64,000 nt of DNA from an uncultured Gammaproteobacteria bacterium (GCA_964367355.1 CAYIWY010000005.1:19133-83132); one strand, 5' to 3'; positions 1 through 8,037 are shown, numbered from the stretch's first letter. Made by a program: numbers and translations. The notes: generated by a model not told the origin, from the letters alone.

Positions 1-31
1 TCATAAGCCTTAATTTTACCGATTCAGGAAT

Positions 32-64
32 AAAAAAACCAGGGGAAAAGTTTTATCCCCTGGT
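32..64 (-). terminator. Intrinsic terminator after the PadR-like unit
   Basis: Hairpin ACCAGGGGA/TCCCCTGGT followed by a T-run on the minus strand. Confidence 0.75.
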
Positions 65-126
65 CTGCATCTCAGAACTTGCACGTTCATGTCTCCCTCC
101 TTGACACTATTTCTATAATGGAGCAA

Positions 127-450
127 TTAGGAGTTTCCTATCGATATAACCGATCGTTTCAAGAACCTGGTTAAGTTACGCAAATGCTCCTGATAAACCT
201 GCAATGCTTTTTCGCCGTTTCGCGTCATGCGGTAGAAACGCACTTGTCTTCCCGACCCTGGGTTTTTTGCAAATCTAGAGTACAGATAACCCTGTTCCTC
301 AAGACTTTGTAAATCTCTCGATTCGTTAATTTTACTCGAAACGAACTGGTTCCAAGCCAATAGTTTTGGCAACTGCTTTACGTAGACTCGACCATGTTCT
401 TGGACAGTGCGAAGTACAACCGCTTCCCATTCTCTTAGCAATATACTCAC
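127..450 (-). CDS. PadR-like winged-helix protein
   Basis: C-terminal pattern LQSLEEQGYLYS..GRQVRFYRMTRNGEKAL. Start moved to GTG at 450 because GGGAG precedes it and a TATAAT box overlaps position 480. Confidence 0.65.
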   Translation of the reverse strand: MSILLREWEAVVLRTVQEHGRVYVKQLPKLLAWNQFVSSKINESRDLQSLEEQGYLYSRFAKNPGSGRQVRFYRMTRNGEKALQVYQEHLRNLTRFLKRSVISIGNS

Positions 451-558
451 CTTTCTCCCTTTTTGTTCCTTTTCGCACATTATACAAAATAAAAAGAGAA
501 ATGTAAACTATGGGATAAAAAGAAGACCAGAGGAAGAGATTTTCCTCTGGTTTGTTTG

Positions 559-924
559 CTATCTGAGAGGCTTTGAAAAGAAAAATCGGTTCAAAAAACC
601 TTTTGGTTTTTTCTCCTCTTCTCGCCTGAGACGCAGTAGTTCCTCATGTCCTTTAGGTGTGAGGGTATACAAACGCAAGCGCTTGTAATTTTCATCTGGT
701 GTTTCCACCCACTCGCCAGAGATTAAACTCAAACGCTCCAATTTGTGAAGAACTTTGTAAAGAGTGCCTACTCCAACAATTGACCGACGCTGCCACCAGT
801 GTTGGTGACGGTTGTCTAGTTTACGTCGCAACTCAATACCAATACCTATGTCGAATCCAGTTCGGGGAACATGAACGAAATCAAGTACCTCAAGGGCCAA
901 AGCTTCAATGCTATTTGGCTTCAC
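559..924 (-). CDS. PadR-family transcriptional regulator
   Basis: GTLYKVLHKLERLSLISGEW...RLYTLTPKG PadR signature; AAGGAGG SD before GTG. Confidence 0.8.
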   Translation of the reverse strand: MKPNSIEALALEVLDFVHVPRTGFDIGIGIELRRKLDNRHQHWWQRRSIVGVGTLYKVLHKLERLSLISGEWVETPDENYKRLRLYTLTPKGHEELLRLRREEEKKPKGFLNRFFFSKPLR

Positions 925-1194
925 TTATCTCCTCCTTCTAGTTGAACTGATTTTGCGACTTTATTGCTCGCATTTTATCATAACTCGCCAATTTTTGCTT
1001 TATTAACTGTTTTTTTAAAATCCCAATCGGTTTGTCATAATTTTCTCTGTCTCCTGGGTATGGTGTACCGTCTTTATCGCTGTGAAATGGAAGTGAAGCA
1101 TTACCAACGCGCAGAGTAATAAGTAAACCAAAATAAAGACGAAAAACAATTAGGACTTTGCTGTATAATAGGCCTTTGTTTAGGAGGTGAGGTT

Positions 1195-1743
1195 TTGACA
1201 ACCTGGATGAGTCTGGATAGACCTGGTTACTTAGGAGCTTTTCGCGATCAGAGAGTTGCTGAATGGAATGAAAAATTCGGAGTCGGTAATTGGCGTTTGG
1301 GGTGGGTGGTCAATGGTTTGGCGCTGAATTTTCTTGGTGCCTGTGCTCTCTACGAGGACGCTTACTTTGAATTTTTGCGTACTCATTGGGATATCCTACG
1401 AGAACTTTGCTCAGCAGCCCGCGAGGTTTATGATGATGCTGAGAGTAACGTAGGTTCTGGTTTGGATTACACCAAACAAGAAACGGAACACACCCACATT
1501 CAGGATATAGCCATTAGGCGTGCTTTAGTCAGATTAGGAGTAGGTTTTACTGGAAGCGAACTCGTTCAGATCAGGGGTGACGTAGGGTCTCACCCGCTTA
1601 GTAAAAGGCTTTCTCCGGGGGTAATTCCTTTCCACCGAAACGATTGGATTTACAGTCCACAATTAAAGGGTTGGTGGAAACCTAGTTCGGTCGAAGCTTT
1701 CTACCAGTCGAATAAATTTTTGCAGTTCAAGGAAGAAACTTAG
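1195..1743 (+). CDS. Hypothetical protein (182 aa)
   Basis: Long ORF with AGGAGGTG SD, upstream TATAAT and downstream terminator. Confidence 0.75.
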   Translation: MTTWMSLDRPGYLGAFRDQRVAEWNEKFGVGNWRLGWVVNGLALNFLGACALYEDAYFEFLRTHWDILRELCSAAREVYDDAESNVGSGLDYTKQETEHTHIQDIAIRRALVRLGVGFTGSELVQIRGDVGSHPLSKRLSPGVIPFHRNDWIYSPQLKGWWKPSSVEAFYQSNKFLQFKEET

Positions 1744-1752
1744 TAAAAAGTT

Positions 1753-1792
1753 AGGGCGACAATGGTTTTTTAAGCCAATGCCGCCCTTTTTT
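1753..1792 (+). terminator. Intrinsic terminator
   Basis: AGGGCG..CGCCCT hairpin followed by a T-run. Confidence 0.65.
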
Positions 1793-1839
1793 CGGAAGAC
1801 CCCACACTGCAACTGCTCGGGCTTGTTTTTCTATAGCTC

Positions 1840-1868
1840 TTGACAGAACACTATGGGACGTATATAAT
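1840..1868 (+). promoter_or_regulatory. Consensus sigma70 promoter with ACTATGGG in its spacer
   Basis: TTGACA-N17-TATAAT. Confidence 0.75.
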
Positions 1869-2010
1869 AATGCAGCTGCTGTTAAACTACTTCCGAAAAC
1901 AGGGTTTGCAGATGAAAAAAATTACAATTTTAACCTTCTTCTGTTTGTTAGTTTACTAGCCTCTGGATTGGATTTGTACTTAGTCTCAGGGAAAATCGAA
2001 AAGGGAGCAT

Positions 2011-2136
2011 ATGACAAACCATAAGTTCGAAACAATCGAAATAATTGCTGCTTTTGTCGGCGCTCTCGCCGGGACTTTTCTTGGGGTTGTTGTTTCTGCC
2101 GAAGCTGTGTTTTTGTTTCTGACTAGGTTTGGCTAA
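2011..2136 (+). CDS. Small single-TM protein (41 aa, below the ORF track cutoff)
   Basis: AAGGGAG SD then MTNHKFETIEIIAAFVGALAGTFLGVVVSAEAVFLFLTRFG; downstream of the 1840 promoter. Confidence 0.5.
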   Translation: MTNHKFETIEIIAAFVGALAGTFLGVVVSAEAVFLFLTRFG

Positions 2137-3100
2137 GTTTGACCCGATACCCTTTTTTAGTTTTAGCAATAAATTCGTTAATCTCATTACTAAACGTTGG
2201 TATTAAACTTGTTAAGGGTTTGGTTGTCTCCCCAACTTTCACCAGTGGGTCGATATAGCGTACTTTCCCGCGGGTTTCATAATCATAATCTTCCTCGTTA
2301 AATTTCACATCTAGTTTTGGGTTTAATAGTTTTAATAATCTTTGAATATTTTGATCATCGCTCTTTTTTATTTTTTCCATGACAGTTTCATCAGTCGTAA
2401 ATAAATCATTTTCAACCAAAATTCCTTTGGAAAAACAATCTCTAATTAACTCACCCATCAATTCAAATGTAGCCAAGGTTTTCGGTGCATTATAGGAATT
2501 TGAAGCCTGGTTCATAAAATCACGGGCGAATTTTAATGCAACAAGTTGGTTTTTAATCGCGAAGATTTTGTTAACCACGACAAGGTTAGTTAGAATTTGA
2601 TCAACGTTTTTTGGACTGTAAGTTTTGTCACCGACCATGTCACGTAAAATATAATCAATACGGTCAGCACAAAGATTGGGAATTGGTTGTTCAAGCAGAC
2701 TAAAATGTTCGTCGTTGGTAACAAATTCGGGATCGATATTGTATTTCTTTAATATAGCCGGAATTTCTGATTCAAAGACGATTTTTTGTAAAAACCGTTC
2801 ATGGTAAACTTGGCTTTCCCCTTCTTTAAAAACAAAATCAACTGCATGTGAGAAGGCTGTGTGGGGAACATCGTGTAGTAAACCGCCGATTTGTTCTTCG
2901 ATGGATGCATCGTATTTGCGAAGTAGTATCAGGACGCCGACACAATGGTCATAGCGGGTACTGGTTCGGTGCGGTTCAACCAATTGTGTGCCGGCTTGAT
3001 TAACCTTCTTAATTCGTTGCAGTGGTTTGGAATTGATTAGTTCGACCAAAACTGGTTCATTGATTTCTGCCCTGCCATAGACTAGGTCATTAAATTGCAT
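2123..3100 (-). CDS. HD-domain phosphohydrolase (dNTPase-like)
   Basis: TRYDHCVGV, LLHDVPHTAFSH and CADRIDY motifs. Confidence 0.9.
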   Translation of the reverse strand: MQFNDLVYGRAEINEPVLVELINSKPLQRIKKVNQAGTQLVEPHRTSTRYDHCVGVLILLRKYDASIEEQIGGLLHDVPHTAFSHAVDFVFKEGESQVYHERFLQKIVFESEIPAILKKYNIDPEFVTNDEHFSLLEQPIPNLCADRIDYILRDMVGDKTYSPKNVDQILTNLVVVNKIFAIKNQLVALKFARDFMNQASNSYNAPKTLATFELMGELIRDCFSKGILVENDLFTTDETVMEKIKKSDDQNIQRLLKLLNPKLDVKFNEEDYDYETRGKVRYIDPLVKVGETTKPLTSLIPTFSNEINEFIAKTKKGYRVKLSQT

Positions 3101-3142
3101 TGAATCAGTTTAGCAAAAAAACTCAAAAAAATCCCGACTTGG

Positions 3143-3391
3143 TTAAATCGGGATTTTTAATTTCTTCATCTCCCTTTCGATGTATTTAGTTCGAGTCCGG
3201 CTTGGATAACTGTTCTCACACTCTTGTTTGTCAACACAGTCAGTGAAGTCGGGGTAATTAGCAGGCGTATTACCTTCACACACAAGGCAAGGTAACAGGA
3301 TACTTTTGCCTCTTAGGCCTGCCCCCTCCACTATATGTACTCCCGCTCGACCGCAACACCAACAGGGTTGGCCTTGGTGGGTACGGCTCAT
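3143..3391 (-). CDS. Small Cys-rich putative Zn-binding protein
   Basis: CWCC...CLVC; GAGGAGGTG SD; TTGAAA-N17-TATAAT promoter; hairpin AAAAATCCCGA/TCGGGATTTTT at its end. Confidence 0.6.
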   Translation of the reverse strand: MSRTHQGQPCWCCGRAGVHIVEGAGLRGKSILLPCLVCEGNTPANYPDFTDCVDKQECENSYPSRTRTKYIEREMKKLKIPI

Positions 3392-3429
3392 CTCACCTCC
3401 TCTTGTTTGAATGTTTGGATTATACAGTA

Positions 3430-3945
3430 TTAGTCGGAGATTTCAATCTTATTGCCAATCTCAACAGTGTTTTTTTCAGAAAACCCAGCGTTTACTTCCA
3501 GAACGTTGGTTACTTCTTTTGGAGATCTGAAGGTTGGAATATTATTCGGGTCTTTGGTAACAGGGCAGTTTTTGTCGATTCCAACTATTACTCCTCTATC
3601 AATCCAGATAATATCGATCGGAAAACGCATATCTTTCATCCAGAAAGTCGAAAAATCCCTGACAGGAAGTTCAAAGTACATACCAAAACCAATCTCAAGG
3701 GTACTTCTATTTGAGAGCCCTAAAGAAAGTTCTTGTCCGTAACTAGCAACTTCTACAGTTAGTTTAATTGGTTTTTTATCGCTTGAACTACTTAGTATCT
3801 CAGCTTGTTTTCTCTTTAGGCCACTGTTTCTGATTGGTGTCTCAGATTGTTGCAGCGCACTAAAAATTACTGCAAAAATCAAGGCAATGCAGATAAAAAT
3901 TACAAAATATTTCAATTTAAAAAGTTTCTCCAAGTAATATTTCAC
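3430..3945 (-). CDS. DUF192 family membrane-anchored protein
   Basis: GLSNR..GMYF..FWMKDMRFPIDIIWI..VLEVNAG. Confidence 0.9.
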   Translation of the reverse strand: MKYYLEKLFKLKYFVIFICIALIFAVIFSALQQSETPIRNSGLKRKQAEILSSSSDKKPIKLTVEVASYGQELSLGLSNRSTLEIGFGMYFELPVRDFSTFWMKDMRFPIDIIWIDRGVIVGIDKNCPVTKDPNNIPTFRSPKEVTNVLEVNAGFSEKNTVEIGNKIEISD

Positions 3946-3968
3946 TTGAATTATAGTAATATCATTTC

Positions 3969-4544
3969 ATGGATAAAAAGACTATACGATATTTAATTTT
4001 AGGGTTAATTTTCTTGTTCTCAATTGTTTTTTCTTATTTTAATGATAATCAAAAAAATCCAAGTTCGAAATCAACCACTTCAGGTGTATCTCAAGTTACT
4101 GATAAACAAACTTATTTAGTTACCAAAGTCGTTGATGGTGATACGATTGAAATTGAGGGTGGGCAGAAAGTTCGCTATATCGGGATTGATACTCCAGAAA
4201 CAGTTGATCCAAGAAGACTGATCGGTTGTTTTGGCAAGGAGGCCTCGGCGAAAAATAAAGAATTAGTTTTAGGCAAAAAAGTGCGGTTAGAAAAAGATAT
4301 TTCCGAAACTGATAAATATGGGCGGCTGCTGCGCTACGTTTATTTACCTGCCGACAAGGCAGGTGTTGGTGATAGTTTTATTAACAAGTATTTGGTAGCA
4401 GAGGGTTTTGCCAAAGCTTCTTCTTATCCGCCGGACATTAAATATCAGGAAATATTTCGTGCTACTGAGAAGTCCGCGCGTGAAAGTAAAAAGGGTTTGT
4501 GGGGAAGATGTTTTTCAGGTAATTTGCAGTTTGTTCTAGTTTGA
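3969..4544 (+). CDS. Thermonuclease (SNase-like), membrane-anchored
   Basis: VVDGDTI, VRYIGIDTPE, DKYGRLLRYVY, GLWG motifs. Confidence 0.93.
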   Translation: MDKKTIRYLILGLIFLFSIVFSYFNDNQKNPSSKSTTSGVSQVTDKQTYLVTKVVDGDTIEIEGGQKVRYIGIDTPETVDPRRLIGCFGKEASAKNKELVLGKKVRLEKDISETDKYGRLLRYVYLPADKAGVGDSFINKYLVAEGFAKASSYPPDIKYQEIFRATEKSARESKKGLWGRCFSGNLQFVLV

Positions 4545-4586
4545 CTCTCTTGACTTGTTCGGACAAGTTTCGGGTATAATATATAT

Positions 4587-5804
4587 ATGATTGCCCGAGC
4601 TTCCTGGATGCATTTGGACATGGATTGTTTCTTTGCATCGGTAGAAATTAAATTAAATCCGTCTCTCAAGGGTAAACCGGTTGTGGTTGGCGGTGTTAAT
4701 CCCCAGGGGAAAAATGTTCCCCGCGGTGTGATTGCCACTGCTTCTTACGAAGCCCGTAAATTCGGTTGTAAGAGTGGTATGCCGCTCTTTAAAGCACTGC
4801 AGCTTTGTCCGGATGCAATCGTCGTTGGTGGGCACTACGAGGATTACATCGATTGTTCTGACCAGGTGATGCAGATCGCTGCAAGATACGCTCCCAAAGT
4901 CGAGCAGATCGGTATTGATGAGGCTTTTTTAGATTTCTCAAATACTGAAATACTTTACCCCGATTTAAGAATAGTTGCTGAAAAAATTCGGGCTGATATT
5001 AAAAAAGAAATCGGGATAACCGCTTCGATTGGCCTAGCGGCAACTAAAGTCGCGGCTAAAGTTGGCAGCGATTTTAATAAACCGGATGGTTTTACTTATG
5101 TTAAGGAGGGAACAGAAAAATCATTTCTCGCTCCCCTACCACTACGTGATTTACCTGGGATTGGCTATAAAATGGAAGAATATTTCCACAACCTTGGAGT
5201 GACAACTTTAGGACAATTAGCCGCTGTACCTTTCAAAAAAATCGAAAACTGGGGCAAGTTTGCCATTAACCTTTGGGAAGCAGCCAATGGTGTTGACAAC
5301 ATTTGGTTTCATCCCAGTGCAACAGTGAAATCAATTTCCAGAAGCGAAACTTTTTATAAAGATACGCCGGATGAAAATTTTATTTTGGCAATGCTAAGAA
5401 AGTTAACTGAAAGTGTTGGAACCGAAGCTAGGGCTGAGGGTTATTTCGGTCGAACGGTCCACCTCACGATTCGCTACAAAGATTTTCGGACGGTTTCCCG
5501 CCAGCGCGTCCTGACTAAACCAACCAATGTCACCAAAGAGATTTACGATCTTGGGGAAATTTTATTAAAAGAACTTTGGGACAGCAAAACTCCGTTGCGT
5601 TTGGTGGGAATTGGTTTAACTCAGTTTGGTAGTGAAATAACTCAACTGTCTTTGTTTGACCAAGCTCATGACAAGCGGTTGGAACTGGAGAAACGCATCG
5701 ATTGTTTAAGAAAGAAGTATGGTATGCAAGCCGTTAATCCTCTTGCCTTGTTATATTTAGATCCGAGTGTCAGACAATTTAAGGGTAAAGCGTTTTATAC
5801 TTGA
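4587..5804 (+). CDS. dinB: DNA polymerase IV (Y family)
   Basis: HLDMDCFFASVE, SYEARKFG, GIDEAFLD, little-finger KSISRSETF. Confidence 0.95.
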   Translation: MIARASWMHLDMDCFFASVEIKLNPSLKGKPVVVGGVNPQGKNVPRGVIATASYEARKFGCKSGMPLFKALQLCPDAIVVGGHYEDYIDCSDQVMQIAARYAPKVEQIGIDEAFLDFSNTEILYPDLRIVAEKIRADIKKEIGITASIGLAATKVAAKVGSDFNKPDGFTYVKEGTEKSFLAPLPLRDLPGIGYKMEEYFHNLGVTTLGQLAAVPFKKIENWGKFAINLWEAANGVDNIWFHPSATVKSISRSETFYKDTPDENFILAMLRKLTESVGTEARAEGYFGRTVHLTIRYKDFRTVSRQRVLTKPTNVTKEIYDLGEILLKELWDSKTPLRLVGIGLTQFGSEITQLSLFDQAHDKRLELEKRIDCLRKKYGMQAVNPLALLYLDPSVRQFKGKAFYT

Positions 5805-5855
5805 CTACTCGAACCAGAACAATCTAATATAACCTATATTACAAGTGTCTGACAC
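5767..5855. repeat. REP-like palindromes GTGTCWGACAC upstream of the RAYT
   Basis: GTGTCAGACAA at 5767 and GTGTCTGACAC at 5845; related copies at 6452, 28087, 29048, 29069. Confidence 0.75.
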
Positions 5856-6438
5856 AAGTGTGAGAAATAATAGAAATTTTCAAATAAATTCTGTTCACCA
5901 CCTTATTACAAAAGGCAATAACCAAGATATATTTCTTGACGATCGTGATTTCAACCGGTATATCTTTAGCCTAAGGAAATTTTCTAAGAGATTAAGTGTA
6001 AGGATCTTAGCCTTTTGTTTAATGCCAAACCATGTTCATATACTTGCCAGGCAAGATTCGGAAATAAGCTTATCTAAATTTATGCAGACTCTTTCCACTG
6101 CATATGCCAACTATTTCAATACTCGCTACAAGCGACAGGGCCATCTTTTCGAAGCTAGATTCAAGAATATTGAGGTTACTACCGATGAATATTTAATTCA
6201 CTTGAGCAGATACATTCATCTCAACCCCTCTAGTTCCCAAATAGTGCAAAGTCCGCAGCATTATAAATGGGGTAGTTACAAGCACTATTTAGGGAATGGT
6301 AGTTTAGATTTTATTGACGAGAGAATTATTCTTGCTTATTTTTCCAAAGACAATCCCAGAAGGGATTACCAAGAGTTTGTTGAATCAAGAATTGAATATC
6401 AAAAAGACATTAGCTTGCAAAAACTATTACTAGAATGA
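5845..6438 (+). mobile_element. REP-associated tyrosine transposase (RAYT, Y1 HUH)
   Basis: CLMPNHVHIL (HUH), GHLFEARFK, RYIHLNP, YKWGSY; flanked by palindromes. True start may lie a few codons downstream. Confidence 0.9.
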
Positions 6439-6451
6439 ACTTATAGTTCAA

Positions 6452-6462
6452 GTGTCAGGCAC
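6452..6462. repeat. REP-like palindrome downstream of the RAYT
   Basis: GTGTCAGGCAC. Confidence 0.6.
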
Positions 6463-6491
6463 CCGATTCTAAATGTATTTGAAAAATTGAG

Positions 6492-6528
6492 AAAAAAAAG
6501 AGCTCAACACATGGGTGTGGTGAGCTCT
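6492..6528 (-). terminator. Intrinsic terminator ending the large ncRNA candidate
   Basis: AGAGCTCA..TGAGCTCT hairpin plus T-run on the minus strand. Confidence 0.85.
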
Positions 6529-7682
6529 GGGGGCTAGGTACTACATCTCTCTACTCTCCTCTGGTTTTGTCCTCAGCAGTCGAAACTGTTGAAGCCTTTG
6601 GTTAAATCTGCGGCAGGAGCTGACTTATTAAATTAAAGCTTTGCTCATAACTGCCGCCGTAGTTAACAATTGGTGAGGGTCAACTTCTCAGAACTGTCAC
6701 TCTGAAAAGCCCATGCCATTTCGCTGGTGATGAAATGGACCGCTCTGCGATGGATAACTACTTCCGGAAACGGGCGTTTTACCCTTGGCCAAGAAGCTGC
6801 GAGTGAAGTGAACCCTAGGAGTACACTTACCGTTCACTTGCATCAAATCCACTTTTTTGTTAAAGACACCATCGATCGCCAGGGTCACTGGAGTCGAATA
6901 GTGCTACTCCCATCCTGCTAACAGCTCGCAGAAGTGAAGCTAAATTTGTGCCGTATGTTTTCGACATCCCACCAACGTGAGTCTATCTCAACACTTAAGA
7001 ACCTCGCAGTCCCGGTTGCGGCACCAACCAGAATCCAAACACTCCTAAGGTCCAGTTCCCAGATCACGAGGACTAGGTTGACTTCCCTTTTAACGCTCTT
7101 GACGACCATTTTTCAGATCAAGCGTCGGAGTGAAGGAAACCAAAAGTTAAGTCGACAGCCGCTCGTCATTATTACCCTGCATTGTGATCGAAACCACTTT
7201 GCTAGGCCGCAAGAGATGACTTGGCGTTAGAACTCTTTGCGTTTTTTACACTGTCGACTCCCGCAAGCAGATCCGAAGACCTGATTGTAGGTTTTGGATC
7301 GCCGAGGTGAAGGTTGACTAACACGTTGGGGCCCCGCTGTTGAGCGCTTATCCCACTTCACACCTTCGGCGAACTATGAACCAGGATGACCATCGAAGAC
7401 ACGAAGGTCCGCGACGGTTCTGTCCCGGTAGCAAAATTAACCCGGTCAGTTGGTTTGTCCCTTTCTCAGCTCGCGAAGCCAAGAAAGAGCTCCTGGTAAT
7501 CGCGGCCGCGAATATCCAAGAGGGGTGTCTAGAGTCTTGCAATTGTGCAAGTACTCAACCAACCAAAAAGACACTCCTGGAAAAAAGACCGGGTCCCCCT
7601 GCGCAGAGGAACTTGTCGCTAAAATGTTAGAAACAAATTTCTCCGCACAAAGGTTTTTTCTTACTTCATTTTTTAAAGTACG
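6492..7682 (-). ncRNA. Candidate giant structured non-coding RNA (about 1.19 kb), class unknown
   Basis: No credible ORF, many nested helices with minus-strand G-U pairs and UUCG loops, bounded by a consensus promoter and a terminator. Confidence 0.7.
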
Positions 7683-7688
7683 TTTTTC

Positions 7689-7717
7689 TTTATAACACAT
7701 TTGGCAAGAAATGTCAA
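7689..7717 (-). promoter_or_regulatory. Sigma70 promoter of the ncRNA candidate
   Basis: TTGACA-N17-TATAAA with extended -10 TG; CTCATAGT just upstream. Confidence 0.8.
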
Positions 7718-7733
7718 GATACTATGAGTCTGA

Positions 7734-7889
7734 ATTACTTTTTTGGAAAAGTAATCAAAAACTTTTGCCTTGCTTGTGCTGCTAAAGAAATTCAAGTCGC
7801 TCGTATACGTCGACAACTCTCTTCGTTCAAACACGTCCGACTTAATATCTCGCTTGTTGAATTTATTTTTAACGCTGCTCGCAACGGCA
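7734..7889 (-). repeat. Dispersed structured repeat, copy 1
   Basis: Ordered blocks GCCGTTG, CAGCGTYAA, TGTTTGA, GAAGAG.AGTT, TTTAGC, CAAGGC and a terminal hairpin, shared with 28480-28660. Confidence 0.6.
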
Positions 7890-8037
7890 ATTTTTTCTGC
7901 GCTGACCTCTTTTGAAGTATTCTACTAATTTAACTGCGATTGGAAAAATTTAAAGGAGAAACCGGCAAATGCTTTTTTAGCAGATGCCGGTTAATTTGCG
8001 AACTGTTTATCAGACTTGTCCATCACTCCCTTCCCTA

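Noticed and set aside
938-1201. 87-aa minus-strand ORF
   Set aside because: No SD or recognisable motif; it overlaps the promoter regions of both flanking genes
1755-2024. Open frame containing LPKTG (1890-1904) followed by a hydrophobic stretch, like a sortase signal
   Set aside because: No start codon upstream of the motif, and the frame runs through a terminator and a perfect promoter; probably chance, although a gene remnant cannot be excluded
6492-7682. Assignment of the large RNA to group II or group I intron, RNase P or tmRNA
   Set aside because: GTGCGG occurs near the 5' end but no domain V helix was found; no P7 GACTA/ATAGTC pair in context, no GAGGAAAGTCC, no tRNA-like ends with tag ORF, and no interrupted host gene
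6697-7915. Short ORFs of 63-98 aa on both strands
   Set aside because: They overlap in conflicting frames, lack SDs and motifs, and are better explained by structured RNA and repeat sequence
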